The notes under the pieces: generated by a model | Told to the model about the DNA's origin: nothing | Databases searched by the model: none | What the model saw: the letters and a program-made list of their open reading frames with translations, nothing else | In this document: positions 31,686-44,635 of the stretch, one piece after another | Layout: the number at the start of each line of letters is the position of its first letter | How positions within the stretch are numbered: the first letter of the stretch is position 1 | Source of the DNA: Gammaproteobacteria bacterium | Lineage (GTDB): Bacteria > Pseudomonadota > Gammaproteobacteria > UBA4575 | Length of the DNA: 64,000 bases | Direction: 5' to 3' | NCBI GenBank assembly: GCA_014075255.1 | Contig: CP046178.1 | Location: 1,089,616-1,153,615 of the forward strand | Program-made: the position numbers and the translations under genes

Positions 31686-33167
31686 CTACTGGAACACATT
31701 CACACAATAGTTCAACAAATAGTTTGGAAAGATAAACAATCCCACAATAAGCAAACCATTTACTGAAAGAACGGTATTGGCAACTAGTGCGTTTTGCGCA
31801 CCCAAACTTTGATCAAGTTCATCAAAGTACATATGTTTAATAACCCGTAAGTAATAAAACGCACCTACGATCGACATTATTACCGCCAAAACGGCTAACC
31901 AAAGAAAGTTGTTATAAACCAAGCTCTGTAATACATATAATTTAGCATAGAAACCAACCGTGAGCGGCATACCTGCCATTGAAAACATTATCAATAACAT
32001 GATTATGGCTAAACGTGGATGCGATTGCCCCAAGCCTTTAAATTCTGAGAGCGCATCCACATCAGTATCATCATTTTTCTTTAATAACAGTAATACACCA
32101 AAAGCACCTGCCGCCATGAGCACATAGATTACTGTGTAAAACAATGCAGATGCATAACCAAAATTCTCGCCAGACAAGAACCCTAGCAATACGAAACCAA
32201 TATGCGAAATGGTTGAATAAGCGAGCATACGTTTGATATGGCTTTGCGCAATAGCAATTACATTCCCAAATATTAAAGACAACACTGCTAATATCATCAA
32301 CATCTGCTGCCAATCCACAACCAGTTCCTGCATACCATGGCTTAATAAGCGAATCGCCATCACAAACGCAGCAAATTTTGGAGCAGTAGCAATAAATAAG
32401 GTAACCGCTGTAGGCGCTCCCTGGTAAACGTCTGGCACCCACATATGAAATGGCACCGCACCAAATTTAAATGCAACCCCAACAACAATAAATGTTAATG
32501 CAAAAATTAAACCTATATTTAAATCATTAACATTTGCTATATAGGCACTGATTTCACTCATACTCAATGCGCCAGTAACTCCATACATAATAGACATGCC
32601 ATACAGCAGCATGCCTGAAGCAATCGCACCGAGAACAAAATACTTTATCGCGGCTTCTGCTGCATCATTAGAGTCACGCATATATGCAACCAATGCATAC
32701 AAACACAAAGACAGTAACTCCAAGCCTAAATAAATAGTTATAAAGTTTTGCGCAGATGCCATCACTAACATTCCTAATGTGGCAAACAATCCTAATATAT
32801 AAAATTCTGGGCGCGAATGGCTGCGACTCATCAAATAGGGTCGCGCATAGACAAAAATCACCACAACAGTAACGCACACCAACAACTTAATAAATTTAGC
32901 CAAATCATCATAAACGTACATTTCATTAAATAGCACGACATCAGGTTGTTTTATACCTAGCAGTATCAGAAAAACTACGCCAAACAAAGTGGCCATACTC
33001 AATGTGAAAGTAAATAGCTCGCTTCTGCGGCCTGCAAATATACTAATCATCAAGATAACCGACGCCGCAATTAGTAACGCTACTTCAGGCATCACAACTA
33101 AATATTTTGCCAACATAGCAAACAAGCTTGAAACTGAATCAATTGAATTTATATCTAAGCTATCCAT
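31686..33167 (-). CDS. nuoN: NADH-quinone oxidoreductase subunit N
   Basis: Polytopic antiporter-like subunit. Last gene of the nuo operon. 493 aa. Confidence 0.9.
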   Translation of the reverse strand: MDSLDINSIDSVSSLFAMLAKYLVVMPEVALLIAASVILMISIFAGRRSELFTFTLSMATLFGVVFLILLGIKQPDVVLFNEMYVYDDLAKFIKLLVCVTVVVIFVYARPYLMSRSHSRPEFYILGLFATLGMLVMASAQNFITIYLGLELLSLCLYALVAYMRDSNDAAEAAIKYFVLGAIASGMLLYGMSIMYGVTGALSMSEISAYIANVNDLNIGLIFALTFIVVGVAFKFGAVPFHMWVPDVYQGAPTAVTLFIATAPKFAAFVMAIRLLSHGMQELVVDWQQMLMILAVLSLIFGNVIAIAQSHIKRMLAYSTISHIGFVLLGFLSGENFGYASALFYTVIYVLMAAGAFGVLLLLKKNDDTDVDALSEFKGLGQSHPRLAIIMLLIMFSMAGMPLTVGFYAKLYVLQSLVYNNFLWLAVLAVIMSIVGAFYYLRVIKHMYFDELDQSLGAQNALVANTVLSVNGLLIVGLFIFPNYLLNYCVNVFQ

Positions 33168-33182
33168 TACGATTATGTCGTT

Positions 33183-34697
33183 TTATAAAGGGAGATTAGT
33201 TTGCTGCGCTTGATACAAAAGATGCGAAACTGATGCATCCATCATTTCTATAAGTGGCGCCGGCCAAAGACCAATCCACAAAACAAATATCGCTAAAACA
33301 AACAAACAGAAAAATTCGCGACCATTTAAATCTTTAAGTTTAGCCACTTCATCATTACCTACTTCACCAAATAGCACACGCTTAACCGTCCACAGTGTAT
33401 ACGCTGCGCCTAAAATTAAAGTGGTTGCGGCTAAAAATGCAAACCAAACATTGGCTTTAAAGCTTGCCAATATCACCATAAACTCTCCAACAAAGCCTGA
33501 AGTTCCTGGCAAACCTGCATTAGCCATGGCAAAAATCACGAAGAAGGTTGCGAATTTAGGCATTACATTTACTACGTCACCATAATCTGCTATCTGTCGA
33601 CTATGCATACGATCATATAAAACACCTACGCAAAGAAACATTGCGCCAGAAATAAAGCCGTGCGAAATCATTTGCACCATGCCACCTTGTAATGCGAGTT
33701 CGGAATACGAGCTGTTACTAGCGGCCAATTTAAAAATTACGAAGAATCCTAAGGTAACAAATCCCATATGCGCAATCGAAGAATATGCAATTAACTTTTT
33801 CATATCTCTTTGCGCCAAAGCGACAAAACCGATATACACCACAGCAATTAGTGAGACTGCAATTACCAAATAAGCCAACTGATTACTTGCGTAAGGAGTG
33901 ATAGGGATACTAAACCTTAAGAAACCATAGCCACCTACTTTCAACATGATGGCAGCCAATACAACTGAACCACCCGTAGGCGCTTCCACGTGAGCATCTG
34001 GTAACCAAGTATGCACTGGCCACATAGGAATTTTTACCGCAAAGGCAATGAAAAAGGCTAAAAACAAAAACAGTTGCTGATTTTCGTTAAATCGAGCGAG
34101 CTGCAATGCCGCGATCTCAAATGTACCAGTATTTAAATACATATAAATAAGCGCGATCAATAGAAACACTGAGCCGAAAAAGGTATACAAAAAGAACTTA
34201 ATGGTTGCGTATACTCTTCTTGGCCCACCCCACATTCCAATAATTAAAAACATTGGGATCAACATAGCTTCAAAGAAGATATAGAAGAGAATGGCATCTA
34301 ATGCGCAAAATACACCGATCATCAGGCCTTCTAAAATAAGAAATGCTGCTAAGTACTCAGCAATACGCTCACGAGCGATTTCCCAACCTGCAATAATGAC
34401 TAGTACAGTTATAATGGTAGTCAATAAAATTAATGGTGCTGAAATACCGTCCACACCCAATGCATAGTAAATATTAAATACATCGATCCACGGTATTTGT
34501 TCATAAAACTGCATTGCATATTGACTGCTATCGAAACCTCTCATTAGCACAACACTGGCAAGTAAAGTAGCTAATGCAATTATTAATGACAGCCATCTAA
34601 CTGCACCAACTGATACTTTTTTTACTGCAAGTACCAATAAGCCACCTATTATCGGTAACCAAATTAATACGCTTAAAATTGGAAGTGAATAGAACAT
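33183..34697 (-). CDS. nuoM: NADH-quinone oxidoreductase subunit M
   Basis: Antiporter-like membrane subunit. 504 aa. Operon position. Confidence 0.9.
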   Translation of the reverse strand: MFYSLPILSVLIWLPIIGGLLVLAVKKVSVGAVRWLSLIIALATLLASVVLMRGFDSSQYAMQFYEQIPWIDVFNIYYALGVDGISAPLILLTTIITVLVIIAGWEIARERIAEYLAAFLILEGLMIGVFCALDAILFYIFFEAMLIPMFLIIGMWGGPRRVYATIKFFLYTFFGSVFLLIALIYMYLNTGTFEIAALQLARFNENQQLFLFLAFFIAFAVKIPMWPVHTWLPDAHVEAPTGGSVVLAAIMLKVGGYGFLRFSIPITPYASNQLAYLVIAVSLIAVVYIGFVALAQRDMKKLIAYSSIAHMGFVTLGFFVIFKLAASNSSYSELALQGGMVQMISHGFISGAMFLCVGVLYDRMHSRQIADYGDVVNVMPKFATFFVIFAMANAGLPGTSGFVGEFMVILASFKANVWFAFLAATTLILGAAYTLWTVKRVLFGEVGNDEVAKLKDLNGREFFCLFVLAIFVLWIGLWPAPLIEMMDASVSHLLYQAQQTNLPL

Positions 34698-34702
34698 TTT
34701 GG

Positions 34703-36652
34703 CTACTGTAGAAAAACCTTACTTAACAAAATTAACAAGCCAATGATCATGGCAAAGGCATAATGATATAAATAACCTGTTTGTATGGTTCGTGTTTTAG
34801 CAGAAAACCAGCTAACGATTTTTGCAGAACCATTTACTATCAAACCATCAATTAGCAATCGATCACCAAATGAATCACAAAATGCACCAATTTTTCGTGC
34901 GCCCGTTGCAAATAAAATCTGGTATAACTCATCAATGCCATATTTGTTTGATAGCACTTTATGAGGAATATGTAGTTTTTGCTTTAAGCTTTCAGCCAAT
35001 TGCGGCTGTTTTAAATACAAGAACCAAGCGCAGAATATGCCAGCAAATGCCAAGTACACTGCATAACCTTTAAATGCATGTGCAACAAAGGATCCAATTC
35101 CATGATAGTGCTCTTTAAGTTCAGCTACCGCATGATGATTCTCGGCTACAAAAATACTCTGCGCAAAATAATCTCCAAATACGAATGACCCTATAAACAA
35201 GCCTGCAAATACTGAAGGAATCGCTAATAGAATTAGTGGAATGGTAATTACTTTAGAAGATTCTTTCACATGTTCTTCGGTATGTTTGTCCATGCGTGAA
35301 TCACCATGGAACACTAAAAACAATAAACGGAATGAATAAAACGCCGTGACAAATACACCTGCTAAGACTAACCAATAAGCAAATTCTGCAGCAGGTAAAT
35401 TTGAATAATGTACTGCTTCGATAATGGAATCTTTAGAAAAGAAACCTGCAAACCCTGGGAAGCCAATTAACGCCAATGTGCCTATAAATGCCGTCCAGTA
35501 AGTAATTGGCATATATTTACGTAAGCCACCCATTTTGCGCATATCTTGTTCGTGATGTAGTGCGACAATCACAGAACCAGCGCCTAAAAATAGCAAAGCC
35601 TTAAAAAAGGCATGTGTAAATAGATGGAAAATTGCTATTGAATACGCAGATGCCCCTAAGGCAACGGTCATGTAGCCTAATTGTGACAATGTAGAGTAGG
35701 CAACAACTCTTTTAATATCGTTCTGCACAATTCCCACTAACCCCATAAAGAAGGCAGTGATTGCTCCGATAATTAGCATGAAGTTTAACGCAGTATCACT
35801 AAGCTCAAATAAAGGCGACATACGTGCCACCATAAATATTCCTGCTGTCACCATGGTAGCGGCATGAATTAAAGCTGATATAGGTGTCGGACCTTCCATC
35901 GAATCTGGCAACCAAACATGCAATGGCACTTGAGCAGACTTACCCATTGCACCAACAAACAGTAACAAACAAATTACCGTCATTACAGGCCAATGGATAT
36001 TTTCAGTGATTGCGAAAGTTTGAGTATTAATTAAAGGCGCCTGAGCAAATACAGATTGATAATCCAGCGTATTAAAAACTGCCAATACCGCACCTATACC
36101 TAACAAAAAACCAAAGTCCCCTACTCTGTTGACTAAAAACGCCTTCATATTGGCAAAAATAGCGCTGTCTCTTGTATACCAAAAACCAATGAGTAGATAT
36201 GAGACCAATCCAACTGCCTCCCAACCAAAAAATAATTGCAAAAAATTATTTGCCATTACCAGCATTAACATTGAAAAGGTAAACAGAGAGATATAAGAAA
36301 AGAAACGCTGATAACCAGGGTCATCATGCATGTAACCAATAGTGTAGATATGCACCATTAATGATACAAAAGTCACTACCAACATCATTGTTACAGTTAA
36401 CGGATCAATTAAAAAACCAATTTTAAAACTAAAGTCACCTAACGCTAACCATTGGTAAATATCGATTGAAGTGTGTGAAACCTGATCAAAGATTACTTGT
36501 TTAAATATAAATAAACTTAAAACAAAAGAAACCGCCACACCCAGAATTGTTAGCCAGTGCGTGCCATTTCTCCCGATTACTCGCCCAAACAAACCAGCAA
36601 CAATAGATGCAATCAAAGGTGCAAGAACAATCGTTAAACAAAGCGCTTTCAT
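34703..36652 (-). CDS. nuoL: NADH-quinone oxidoreductase subunit L
   Basis: 649 aa antiporter-like subunit with long C-terminal amphipathic helix region. Confidence 0.9.
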   Translation of the reverse strand: MKALCLTIVLAPLIASIVAGLFGRVIGRNGTHWLTILGVAVSFVLSLFIFKQVIFDQVSHTSIDIYQWLALGDFSFKIGFLIDPLTVTMMLVVTFVSLMVHIYTIGYMHDDPGYQRFFSYISLFTFSMLMLVMANNFLQLFFGWEAVGLVSYLLIGFWYTRDSAIFANMKAFLVNRVGDFGFLLGIGAVLAVFNTLDYQSVFAQAPLINTQTFAITENIHWPVMTVICLLLFVGAMGKSAQVPLHVWLPDSMEGPTPISALIHAATMVTAGIFMVARMSPLFELSDTALNFMLIIGAITAFFMGLVGIVQNDIKRVVAYSTLSQLGYMTVALGASAYSIAIFHLFTHAFFKALLFLGAGSVIVALHHEQDMRKMGGLRKYMPITYWTAFIGTLALIGFPGFAGFFSKDSIIEAVHYSNLPAAEFAYWLVLAGVFVTAFYSFRLLFLVFHGDSRMDKHTEEHVKESSKVITIPLILLAIPSVFAGLFIGSFVFGDYFAQSIFVAENHHAVAELKEHYHGIGSFVAHAFKGYAVYLAFAGIFCAWFLYLKQPQLAESLKQKLHIPHKVLSNKYGIDELYQILFATGARKIGAFCDSFGDRLLIDGLIVNGSAKIVSWFSAKTRTIQTGYLYHYAFAMIIGLLILLSKVFLQ

Positions 36653-36663
36653 ACCTTCTTTGC

Positions 36664-36969
36664 CTAACCTTTCAAATTATCGATATCTTGCACGTTAATC
36701 GTAGAACGATTGCGGTACAACACAACTAAAATTGCTAAACCAATTGCCGCTTCAGCTGCAGCTACGGTAAGTATAAAAAATACGAAAACTTGGCCTGCAA
36801 GATCGTCCAAGTAGTATGAAAAAGCTACAAAATTCATATTAACCGCTAACAACATCAATTCAATGGCCATTAACAATAGAATTACATTCTTTCGATTAAG
36901 AAATATGCCCGCAACGCTCAGGGAAAATAGAATTGCGCCAAGCACAAGAAAATGCGTCAAAGTAATCAT
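36664..36969 (-). CDS. nuoK: NADH-quinone oxidoreductase subunit K
   Basis: 101 aa three-TM subunit ([14 protein letters not shown]). Confidence 0.9.
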   Translation of the reverse strand: MITLTHFLVLGAILFSLSVAGIFLNRKNVILLLMAIELMLLAVNMNFVAFSYYLDDLAGQVFVFFILTVAAAEAAIGLAILVVLYRNRSTINVQDIDNLKG

Positions 36970-37014
36970 TTTTTAATTATTATTTACTTACTAATCTCAA
37001 TTTATCTTTATAGT

Positions 37015-37602
37015 TTATTCTCTATCCAGATCCGCCAAACGAACGCGATCTTTTCGCTGCGCACTAATTTGCTGATGTGGCTTTTGTTTCTTAGAAACCG
37101 TACGTTTCCGCATGGTTAAGGTAATGGCGGCAATAATTGCGACCAATAAAATCACCCCTGCAATTTCAAATGGATACACATACTCAGTAAACAACAACTT
37201 TCCCAACTCTTGAGTGTTACTGTAATCCGCAGGTTTTGGATTTGCTTGAACATGCTCAAAATTAGACTTAGTCAAAATTATGATCATTTCTGCTGCCATT
37301 GCGGCGCCCACAATCAATCCTACTGGCAAATATTTAGCATAACCGGCGCGCATCTTTGCGATATTGATATCTAACATCATCACCACAAACAAAAATAAAA
37401 CCATTACAGCGCCGACATATACCAACACTAATACAATGCCTAAAAATTCAGCTTCTAGTAACAACCAAAGCGCACCACTAGTAAAAAACGCTAAAACTAA
37501 AAATAAAGCCGCATGCACAGGGTTGCGTACCGTGATCATCGCTAGCGCAGATAACACTAGAATTCCGGCGAAAAAATAAAATATTGTCGTTTGTATTAAC
37601 AT
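37015..37602 (-). CDS. nuoJ: NADH-quinone oxidoreductase subunit J
   Basis: 195 aa membrane subunit. Operon position between nuoI and nuoK. Confidence 0.85.
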   Translation of the reverse strand: MLIQTTIFYFFAGILVLSALAMITVRNPVHAALFLVLAFFTSGALWLLLEAEFLGIVLVLVYVGAVMVLFLFVVMMLDINIAKMRAGYAKYLPVGLIVGAAMAAEMIIILTKSNFEHVQANPKPADYSNTQELGKLLFTEYVYPFEIAGVILLVAIIAAITLTMRKRTVSKKQKPHQQISAQRKDRVRLADLDRE

Positions 37603-37642
37603 CTAAATTGTACTTTTACTTTCTTGGCTTACCTGTTTTTTG

Positions 37643-38131
37643 CTATCTATAAGGCGCATCTGTTTGACGGTCAGCAGCAATTTCTTCTTCATAAATTCTT
37701 CCCACCTCTAGCAACATATCTTTGGTCATCACCTGCTGACCTCGCTCATAAAATGCGTATTCAAATACTCGCGTTTCCACTATGGCATCAACGGGACAAG
37801 CTTCTTCGCAAAAACCACAATACACACACTTAAATAAATCTATGTCATAGCGTGTTGTGCGTCGACTTCCATCTTCGCGTTCTTCGCTATCAATGGTAAT
37901 GGCCAGTGCCGGGCATACTGCTTCACATAACTTGCAGCCAATACAACGTTCTTCACCACTCGGGTATCTACGCAAAGCATGTAAACCACGAAATCTTGGG
38001 GATTGCGGCGTTTTCTCTTCAGGATACTGAATGGTAAATTTCTTAGTAAAGAAACGCCTGCTTGTTAACTGCAAACCCTTAAGTAACTCGAAGAGAGTAA
38101 AGCTTTTAAGTATATGTAATAGAGCTCTCAT
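37643..38131 (-). CDS. nuoI: NADH-quinone oxidoreductase subunit I
   Basis: Two 4Fe-4S ferredoxin motifs ([24 protein letters not shown]). 162 aa. Confidence 0.95.
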   Translation of the reverse strand: MRALLHILKSFTLFELLKGLQLTSRRFFTKKFTIQYPEEKTPQSPRFRGLHALRRYPSGEERCIGCKLCEAVCPALAITIDSEEREDGSRRTTRYDIDLFKCVYCGFCEEACPVDAIVETRVFEYAFYERGQQVMTKDMLLEVGRIYEEEIAADRQTDAPYR

Positions 38132-38133
38132 TG

Positions 38134-39186
38134 CTAATCAAACCATGGTGGTATCTGGAAATATAAAAGAACACCTTCAACGAAGATCCAAATTAATGTA
38201 ATTGGCAATAATATTTTCCACCCCAAACGCATAATTTGATCATAACGATATCGTGGAAACGTGGCGCGAAACCAAAGAAAACAAAAGATAAATAAGCATG
38301 TCTTAGCAATAAACATATGTGGCCCATGGCCGAGCACAAAACCTAAATAAGGAACACTTGTCCAACTTTCCGGGAAAGGACTGAGCCAGCCGCCCAAAAA
38401 TAATAATGCAGTTAATGCAGAAATTAGAATAATATTGGCATATTCTGCTAAAAAGAATAATGCAAATCCCATTCCTGAATATTCAACATGAAAACCAGCA
38501 ACAATTTCCGACTCACCTTCAACCACATCAAAAGGCGCACGATTCGTTTCTGCTACCCCTGCAATTAGGTAGGTAATAAATAAAGGCAGCAAAGGTAGCC
38601 AGTACCAATTGAATACACCTCCCTGTTGTTCTCTAACGATATCGCCAAGATTTAAACTTCCACTCGCCATCAATACCCCAACAAGTGCAAATCCCATGGC
38701 AATTTCATACGCTACAATTTGTGCTGCTGAGCGTAATGCTCCCAATAATGCATACTTAGAATTCGAAGCCCAACCTGCAACGATGACACCGTATACACCC
38801 AATGATGTCATAGCTAACAAATACAATAAGCCTGCATTGATGTCTGCAAAATTCCATCCATCTGCGAATGGAATCACCGCCCATGCCGCTAACGCAGGAA
38901 TCATGGACAGAAGTGGCGCCAAACGAAATAAGAAACGATCTGCATCATTCGGCAATATCATTTCCTTAAACATTAACTTCAAAGCATCTGCAATTGGTTG
39001 GCCAAAACCTTTTGGCCCAACTCTATTAGGCCCAATACGGACTTGCATAAAACCAATTACTTTACGTTCAGCTAAAGTCACATATGCAACACAACCAAAT
39101 AACACCAACACAAAAATAGACATATAAACCGTCATCAGTATTACTGGCGGTACGATTGAAATTATATTTTGCGCCCATTCAAACAT
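38134..39186 (-). CDS. nuoH: NADH-quinone oxidoreductase subunit H
   Basis: Polytopic ND1 homolog. Start chosen at the internal Met (MFEWAQNII), giving an 8 nt overlap with nuoG. The ORF as tracked extends to 39225. Confidence 0.85.
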   Translation of the reverse strand: MFEWAQNIISIVPPVILMTVYMSIFVLVLFGCVAYVTLAERKVIGFMQVRIGPNRVGPKGFGQPIADALKLMFKEMILPNDADRFLFRLAPLLSMIPALAAWAVIPFADGWNFADINAGLLYLLAMTSLGVYGVIVAGWASNSKYALLGALRSAAQIVAYEIAMGFALVGVLMASGSLNLGDIVREQQGGVFNWYWLPLLPLFITYLIAGVAETNRAPFDVVEGESEIVAGFHVEYSGMGFALFFLAEYANIILISALTALLFLGGWLSPFPESWTSVPYLGFVLGHGPHMFIAKTCLFIFCFLWFRATFPRYRYDQIMRLGWKILLPITLIWIFVEGVLLYFQIPPWFD

Positions 39187-41554
39187 TCGCAGTCCTTTGT
39201 ATTTCAACAGGAGCGATTGCCTCACCTAATACATCTACTTGTGTAGAACTTTTTTGTATCCACACACAATGATCTGGCATATTTTCAACAATTCGTAATG
39301 GCAGTGTAACTTCCCGCTTGTCTTGAACAACTCGGACCACTTGCTCATTTAACATATTTAGCTGCTTAGCCTGTTCTACAGACATTGCAACATGGCTCTC
39401 TTGATCCACCGCCGCTTTTTGCAATGAAGCTGCGCGGCGAACTATATTATCAACTGCATAGACAGGTGTGTCAGAAACGCGATGCAACTTGTTAACATCA
39501 GATTTTAAATTTACATGGTCATAGTTTTCTAGATGACTAGTAAAATTCATTTCGTCAGAAAATAACTTCTTTAATTCATCTCTTATCTGCTCACTAGTTT
39601 GATATTGCACATCATCAAACCCTAGTTTGTTTGCCAGCACTCGCAATACTTTCCAAGCCGGTCGTGCTTCACCAGGTGCAGATACGGCTTTACCTATACT
39701 TTGCCAATGCCCTACGGTGTTAACAAAAGTACCATCCGTTTCAGCAAAAGTTGCAATAGGTAAAATAACATCTGCATATTGTTGGATTCGTTCATTATTA
39801 TAAGGAGTAAACACAACAACCAAATCCGCTGCTTGCATTGCCTCAAGCACTGCAGGCGAATTTGCAAAATCAAATTCAGCTTCCAAATTAAACAAAACAT
39901 AGGCACGTCTAGGTACTGCCAGCATTTCCGATGAATTTAATCCAGCATCAGTATTAATTTCACCCGCTGGCAAACGGTGCGGCAATACACCTGATAACCA
40001 TGCACCTACTGTATTTCCAGATTGTGCAAGTATGCCAAAATTAGAATTCGTTGCTTGCGCAACAAAATTACTTAAAGCACGTAACACTGAAGCTTGCGGG
40101 TGACCTTCCGCAATTGCTCCAAGCATTATGCTTGACCGTTGTCCATTCTTTAGTGAGTTATATATATTTTTCGCATCTTCTGAAACGGTTGCATTATTAA
40201 CGATACTTTTAAGCTCAGTTGACAAATTATCTAAAGAATCTGAACATTTTGCTATTTCAGCCAGAGCGGTTAGCCATTGTTGTGGAGCAAGGCTCCAAGC
40301 GTAATGACTAGTAAAATGGAAATCATATTGTTGTGGATTTAACGAACTTACTTCACACCCTTTTGCGCTAGCCTTACGAATTCGGTGAGCCAACATAGGC
40401 TGTTCTAAACGAATATTAGACCCCACTAAGAAGAGACTATTATTTTCTTCTATAGATTTGATCGATTGCCCTAGATATGGGAACAAGGGCATTGCTTCCT
40501 GATCAGTAAAGTCAATTTGTTGCGTACGATGATCAATATTATTAACACCTAACTGACGAAATATTTTTTGCAATAAATACAATTCTTCTAAAGTTGAATG
40601 TGGTGCAGCCAGAATACCAATATCATTTACTTGAAAATGTTTAAGCTTGTCTGCAACATGCGCTAAAGACGTATCCCAATCACCTGCTTGCCAACCTTGT
40701 TCCGTTTTCGACATTACTTGGGTTGCACGATCACTTGCATTTAAGCCTTCGTAACTAAAACGATCACGATCCGAAATCCAGGTTTCATTAATGTCATCAT
40801 TTTCACGTGGCACAACACGCATCACTTGATTGCGTAGTGTATGCAAATACACATTGGATCCAACACTATCATGTGGCATTACACTTGCAGATTGCATTAC
40901 CTCCCAGGCGCGCGCTGACATACGAGAAGGTTTTGCATTCAACGCGCCCACCGGACAGACATCAATAACATTACCTGACAGTTCTGAACTTAGAGATTTT
41001 TCTACATAGGTCCCAATCTCCATGAATTCGCCGCGACCGGTAGAACCTAATTCACTAATTCCTGCAATTTCAGTTCCGAACCGAACACAACGCGTACAAT
41101 GAATACAGCGCGTCATATCAGTAGAAACCAATGGGCCTAGCTCTTTATCTTGCACCACGCGTTTACGCTCGGTGTAACGAGAAATGCTATTGCCATATCC
41201 CATTGCAACATCTTGCAATTCACACTCACCACCTTGGTCACATACTGGGCAATCTAGTGGGTGGTTAATTAACAAAAACTCCATGGTTCCTTGCTGCGCA
41301 TCTAATGCTAAAGGAGATTTTGTGTAAACCTTCATTCCTTCCATAACCGGCGTAGCACAAGCTGGGAGTGGCTTTGGCGCATTCTCAACTTCGACCATAC
41401 ACATGCGACAATTTGCTGCCACCGATAATTTTTTGTGGTAACAAAAACGCGGCACTTCAACATCGTGTTGATCGGTAACTTCGATCACCATTGCACCTTT
41501 TGGCGCAGTAACTTCTTTGTCGTTGATAAATATTTGTACGGTTTCTTCAGACAT
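39179..41554 (-). CDS. nuoG: NADH-quinone oxidoreductase subunit G
   Basis: N-terminal 2Fe-2S and 4Fe-4S Cys clusters ([39 protein letters not shown]) followed by a molybdopterin-like domain. 791 aa. Confidence 0.95.
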   Translation of the reverse strand: MSEETVQIFINDKEVTAPKGAMVIEVTDQHDVEVPRFCYHKKLSVAANCRMCMVEVENAPKPLPACATPVMEGMKVYTKSPLALDAQQGTMEFLLINHPLDCPVCDQGGECELQDVAMGYGNSISRYTERKRVVQDKELGPLVSTDMTRCIHCTRCVRFGTEIAGISELGSTGRGEFMEIGTYVEKSLSSELSGNVIDVCPVGALNAKPSRMSARAWEVMQSASVMPHDSVGSNVYLHTLRNQVMRVVPRENDDINETWISDRDRFSYEGLNASDRATQVMSKTEQGWQAGDWDTSLAHVADKLKHFQVNDIGILAAPHSTLEELYLLQKIFRQLGVNNIDHRTQQIDFTDQEAMPLFPYLGQSIKSIEENNSLFLVGSNIRLEQPMLAHRIRKASAKGCEVSSLNPQQYDFHFTSHYAWSLAPQQWLTALAEIAKCSDSLDNLSTELKSIVNNATVSEDAKNIYNSLKNGQRSSIMLGAIAEGHPQASVLRALSNFVAQATNSNFGILAQSGNTVGAWLSGVLPHRLPAGEINTDAGLNSSEMLAVPRRAYVLFNLEAEFDFANSPAVLEAMQAADLVVVFTPYNNERIQQYADVILPIATFAETDGTFVNTVGHWQSIGKAVSAPGEARPAWKVLRVLANKLGFDDVQYQTSEQIRDELKKLFSDEMNFTSHLENYDHVNLKSDVNKLHRVSDTPVYAVDNIVRRAASLQKAAVDQESHVAMSVEQAKQLNMLNEQVVRVVQDKREVTLPLRIVENMPDHCVWIQKSSTQVDVLGEAIAPVEIQRTANV

Positions 41555-41570
41555 TACAGATCACCAATAC

Positions 41571-42869
41571 TTATGCTGCATCTTTTTGTTTAGCCACATC
41601 TAACATGCTGCAGCCATGTTCAATGTAATGCACAAACTCATCACGATAATGTTTAATAAAACTATGCACTGGCATAGCAGCAGCATCACCTAAAGCACAA
41701 ATCGTTCGACCTTCTATCTTGGTTGCAACATCATCAAGTTTATCGATATCTTCTAGCTGCCCTTTACCTTCCACAATGCGACACAACATTCGATACAGCC
41801 AGCCAGTACCTTCTCTACATGGCGTACATTGGCCACAAGACTCAGAAAAATAAAATCGTGAAATACGTTGCAAAACTTTTACCATGTCAGTGGAATCATC
41901 CATCACAACCACTGCGCCTGAACCAAGCATTGATCCCGCAGCGGCAATCGACTCATAGTCCATATTAGTGTTCATCATTATTTCGCCTGGTAATACAGGC
42001 ACAGAAGACCCTCCAGGTATCACAGCTTTTAAATTTGCACCATCCGTTACCCCGCCGGCTAACTCGAGCAATTCTGAAAATGGCATGCCTAATGGCACTT
42101 CAAAATTCCCAGGCTTGTTCACATGTCCTGACACAGAGAAACATTTTGTACCACCACTTTTTTCCACACCCATAGCGGCAAACCATTCTGCACCTTCGCG
42201 CATAATGCTTGGTACGGAAGCAAAAGTTTCGGTGTTATTTACGGTAGTCGGTTTTCCATACAAGCCTACATTGGCTGGAAACGGAGGCTTGAATCGAGGC
42301 TGGCCTTTTTTACCCTCTAATGATTCTAGCAATGCCGTCTCTTCACCACATATATATGCACCTGCGCCCAATGTGTCATACAAATAAAAAGTGAAATCAG
42401 TTCCCATTATATTGTCGCCCAAATAACAAGCAGCGTAGGCTTCATCTAAGGCTTGTTTAAATCTTATATAAGGTTCATCTAAAAATTCACCGCGCAAATA
42501 GTTATAACCCACCGAAGAGCGCATGGCATATGCTGCAATGGCAATACCTTCGATAACTGAGTGCGGGTTATACCTTAAAATATCACGATCTTTACAGGTG
42601 CCAGGCTCAGCCTCATCTGAGTTACAAACAACATAACTTTGAATCTCAGCTTTACGCGGCATGAAACTCCATTTTAAACCTGTTGGAAAGCCCGCGCCGC
42701 CACGACCACGCAGACCCGAAGCTTTAATTTGTTCGATAACTTCATCTGGTGAAGTATTCTCACGCAGAATTTTTTCCCAAGCAGAATATCCGCCCACACT
42801 TAAATAATTTTCCAGCGTCCATGGTTGGTCAAATTTTAAGGTCTGATAACAAACGTTATTTAATTGCAT
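41571..42869 (-). CDS. nuoF: NADH-quinone oxidoreductase subunit F
   Basis: NADH/FMN-binding ([16 protein letters not shown]) and 4Fe-4S motif [12 protein letters not shown]. 432 aa. Confidence 0.95.
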   Translation of the reverse strand: MQLNNVCYQTLKFDQPWTLENYLSVGGYSAWEKILRENTSPDEVIEQIKASGLRGRGGAGFPTGLKWSFMPRKAEIQSYVVCNSDEAEPGTCKDRDILRYNPHSVIEGIAIAAYAMRSSVGYNYLRGEFLDEPYIRFKQALDEAYAACYLGDNIMGTDFTFYLYDTLGAGAYICGEETALLESLEGKKGQPRFKPPFPANVGLYGKPTTVNNTETFASVPSIMREGAEWFAAMGVEKSGGTKCFSVSGHVNKPGNFEVPLGMPFSELLELAGGVTDGANLKAVIPGGSSVPVLPGEIMMNTNMDYESIAAAGSMLGSGAVVVMDDSTDMVKVLQRISRFYFSESCGQCTPCREGTGWLYRMLCRIVEGKGQLEDIDKLDDVATKIEGRTICALGDAAAMPVHSFIKHYRDEFVHYIEHGCSMLDVAKQKDAA

Positions 42870-42881
42870 AACTAATTCAAT

Positions 42882-43385
42882 TTAGCCGTCTAATTGTTCT
42901 AAGATATCATCGACTTTTTCAATGGTTAGATTTTCTTTGTATACATGATCTACTTGCATCATTGGCGCACCACAACATGCCGCTAAACATTCTTCTTCTT
43001 TTTTTAAATAAAACTTTCCATCTGGTGTACTTTCACCTATATCAATACCAAGTTTATTTTTTAAATGTTCAACAATCTCATCTGCACCTCGAAGCATGCA
43101 AGATAAGTTAGTGCATACAGAAATTGTATGCCTGCCTACTGGCTTCAATTCAAACATGGAATAAAACGATGCAACTTCATATACCGCTATAGCAGGCATT
43201 TCTAAATACTCCGCTATGGCATCCATTTTTTCCACTGGCAGGTAGCCTTCTTCATGTTGCAAAGCACGTAAAGCGCCTAGCACAGCTGACTGCTTTTGAT
43301 CCACTGGGTAGCGCGAAATCCAATCTTCAATTTCGTCTTGCAAATGATCTGATAGAACTGATTTTTTACTAGAGATCTCGTTCAT
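42882..43385 (-). CDS. nuoE: NADH-quinone oxidoreductase subunit E
   Basis: Thioredoxin-like 2Fe-2S subunit ([20 protein letters not shown]). 167 aa. Confidence 0.9.
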   Translation of the reverse strand: MNEISSKKSVLSDHLQDEIEDWISRYPVDQKQSAVLGALRALQHEEGYLPVEKMDAIAEYLEMPAIAVYEVASFYSMFELKPVGRHTISVCTNLSCMLRGADEIVEHLKNKLGIDIGESTPDGKFYLKKEEECLAACCGAPMMQVDHVYKENLTIEKVDDILEQLDG

Positions 43386-44635
43386 CGATCTATCTCTCCA
43401 AACACGATATCTTGAGTACCAATAATCGCTACAACATCTGCAAGCATATGCCCACGCGACATTTCATCTAGAGCAGCAAGATGCGCAAAACCAGGCGCGC
43501 GAATTTTTACTCGGTATGGTTTATTGGCGCCATCTGAAATTAAATAGATTCCAAATTCACCTTTAGGATGCTCAATGGCCGAATACACTTCCCCTTCAGG
43601 CAAACAATAACCTTCAGTAAATAACTTAAAATGATGAATCAGTTCTTCCATGCCCATTTTCATATCACCACGTGATGGCGGTGATACTTTATGATCATCT
43701 ACCATCACTGGCCCAGGATTATTTCTAAGCCAAGTTATACATTGTTTAATTATTTCATTGGATTGGCGCATTTCTTCCATACGAACAAGATAGCGATCAT
43801 AGCAATCACCATTTACACCAATTGGAATTTTAAAATCAATTTCGTTGTAGGTATCGTATGGCTGCTTGCGACGCAAATCCCACTCTATTCCAGAACCGCG
43901 TAACATTGGTCCTGTAAATCCTAACTGCAATGCACGTTCGGGAGTCACAATACCTATATCAACCGTGCGCTGCTTCCAAATGCGATTATCAGTTAATAGT
44001 GTTTCGTATTCGTCTACACAAGCTGGAAAACGCTTGGTAAAGTCTTCGATAAAATCTAAAAAAGAACCGGTTCGCGCTTCATTTAACTTTTTTACTTCTT
44101 TTTCATCATGCCAACGTGATTTAGTATATTTTGGCATTTCATCCGGCAGATCACGGTAGACACCGCCCGGGCGATAATAAGTAGCATGCAAACGCGCACC
44201 TGATACAGCTTCATAACAATCCATTAGATCTTCACGCTCACGAAACGCATATAAAAATACGGTCATCGCACCAATATCTAAAGCATGTGCACCCAACCAC
44301 AATAAATGATTAAGGATTCGAGTAATTTCATCAAACATTACACGGATATATTGCGCCCGTTCAGGCACTTCAATACCGGATAACTTTTCAATCGACATAA
44401 CATATGCGTGCTCATTACACATCATGGATACGTAATCGAGTCGATCCATGTAACCAATGCTTTGGTTATACGGTTTACTTTCGGCAAGTTTTTCGGTTGC
44501 GCGATGCAATAAACCAATATGTGGATCAGCGCGCTGCACAACCTCACCATCCATCTCCAACACTAGACGTAACACCCCATGTGCTGCAGGATGCTGCGGC
44601 CCAAAATTCATTGTGTAATTATGTAAATCAGCCAT
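43382..44635 (-). CDS. nuoD: NADH-quinone oxidoreductase subunit D
   Basis: 49 kDa subunit. Start taken at [20 protein letters not shown] with an 8 nt overlap to nuoC. Separate from nuoC, not a CD fusion. Confidence 0.9.
   Translation of the reverse strand: MADLHNYTMNFGPQHPAAHGVLRLVLEMDGEVVQRADPHIGLLHRATEKLAESKPYNQSIGYMDRLDYVSMMCNEHAYVMSIEKLSGIEVPERAQYIRVMFDEITRILNHLLWLGAHALDIGAMTVFLYAFREREDLMDCYEAVSGARLHATYYRPGGVYRDLPDEMPKYTKSRWHDEKEVKKLNEARTGSFLDFIEDFTKRFPACVDEYETLLTDNRIWKQRTVDIGIVTPERALQLGFTGPMLRGSGIEWDLRRKQPYDTYNEIDFKIPIGVNGDCYDRYLVRMEEMRQSNEIIKQCITWLRNNPGPVMVDDHKVSPPSRGDMKMGMEELIHHFKLFTEGYCLPEGEVYSAIEHPKGEFGIYLISDGANKPYRVKIRAPGFAHLAALDEMSRGHMLADVVAIIGTQDIVFGEIDR

Noticed and set aside
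38609-39127. Numerous internal opposite-strand ORFs, e.g. 38609-39127, 53696-54142, 28585-29052, 41968-42387, 3304-3906
   Set aside because: They are shadow ORFs entirely inside well-supported conserved genes (nuoH, carB, nusA, nuoF, the TPP enzyme), with low-complexity or odd composition.
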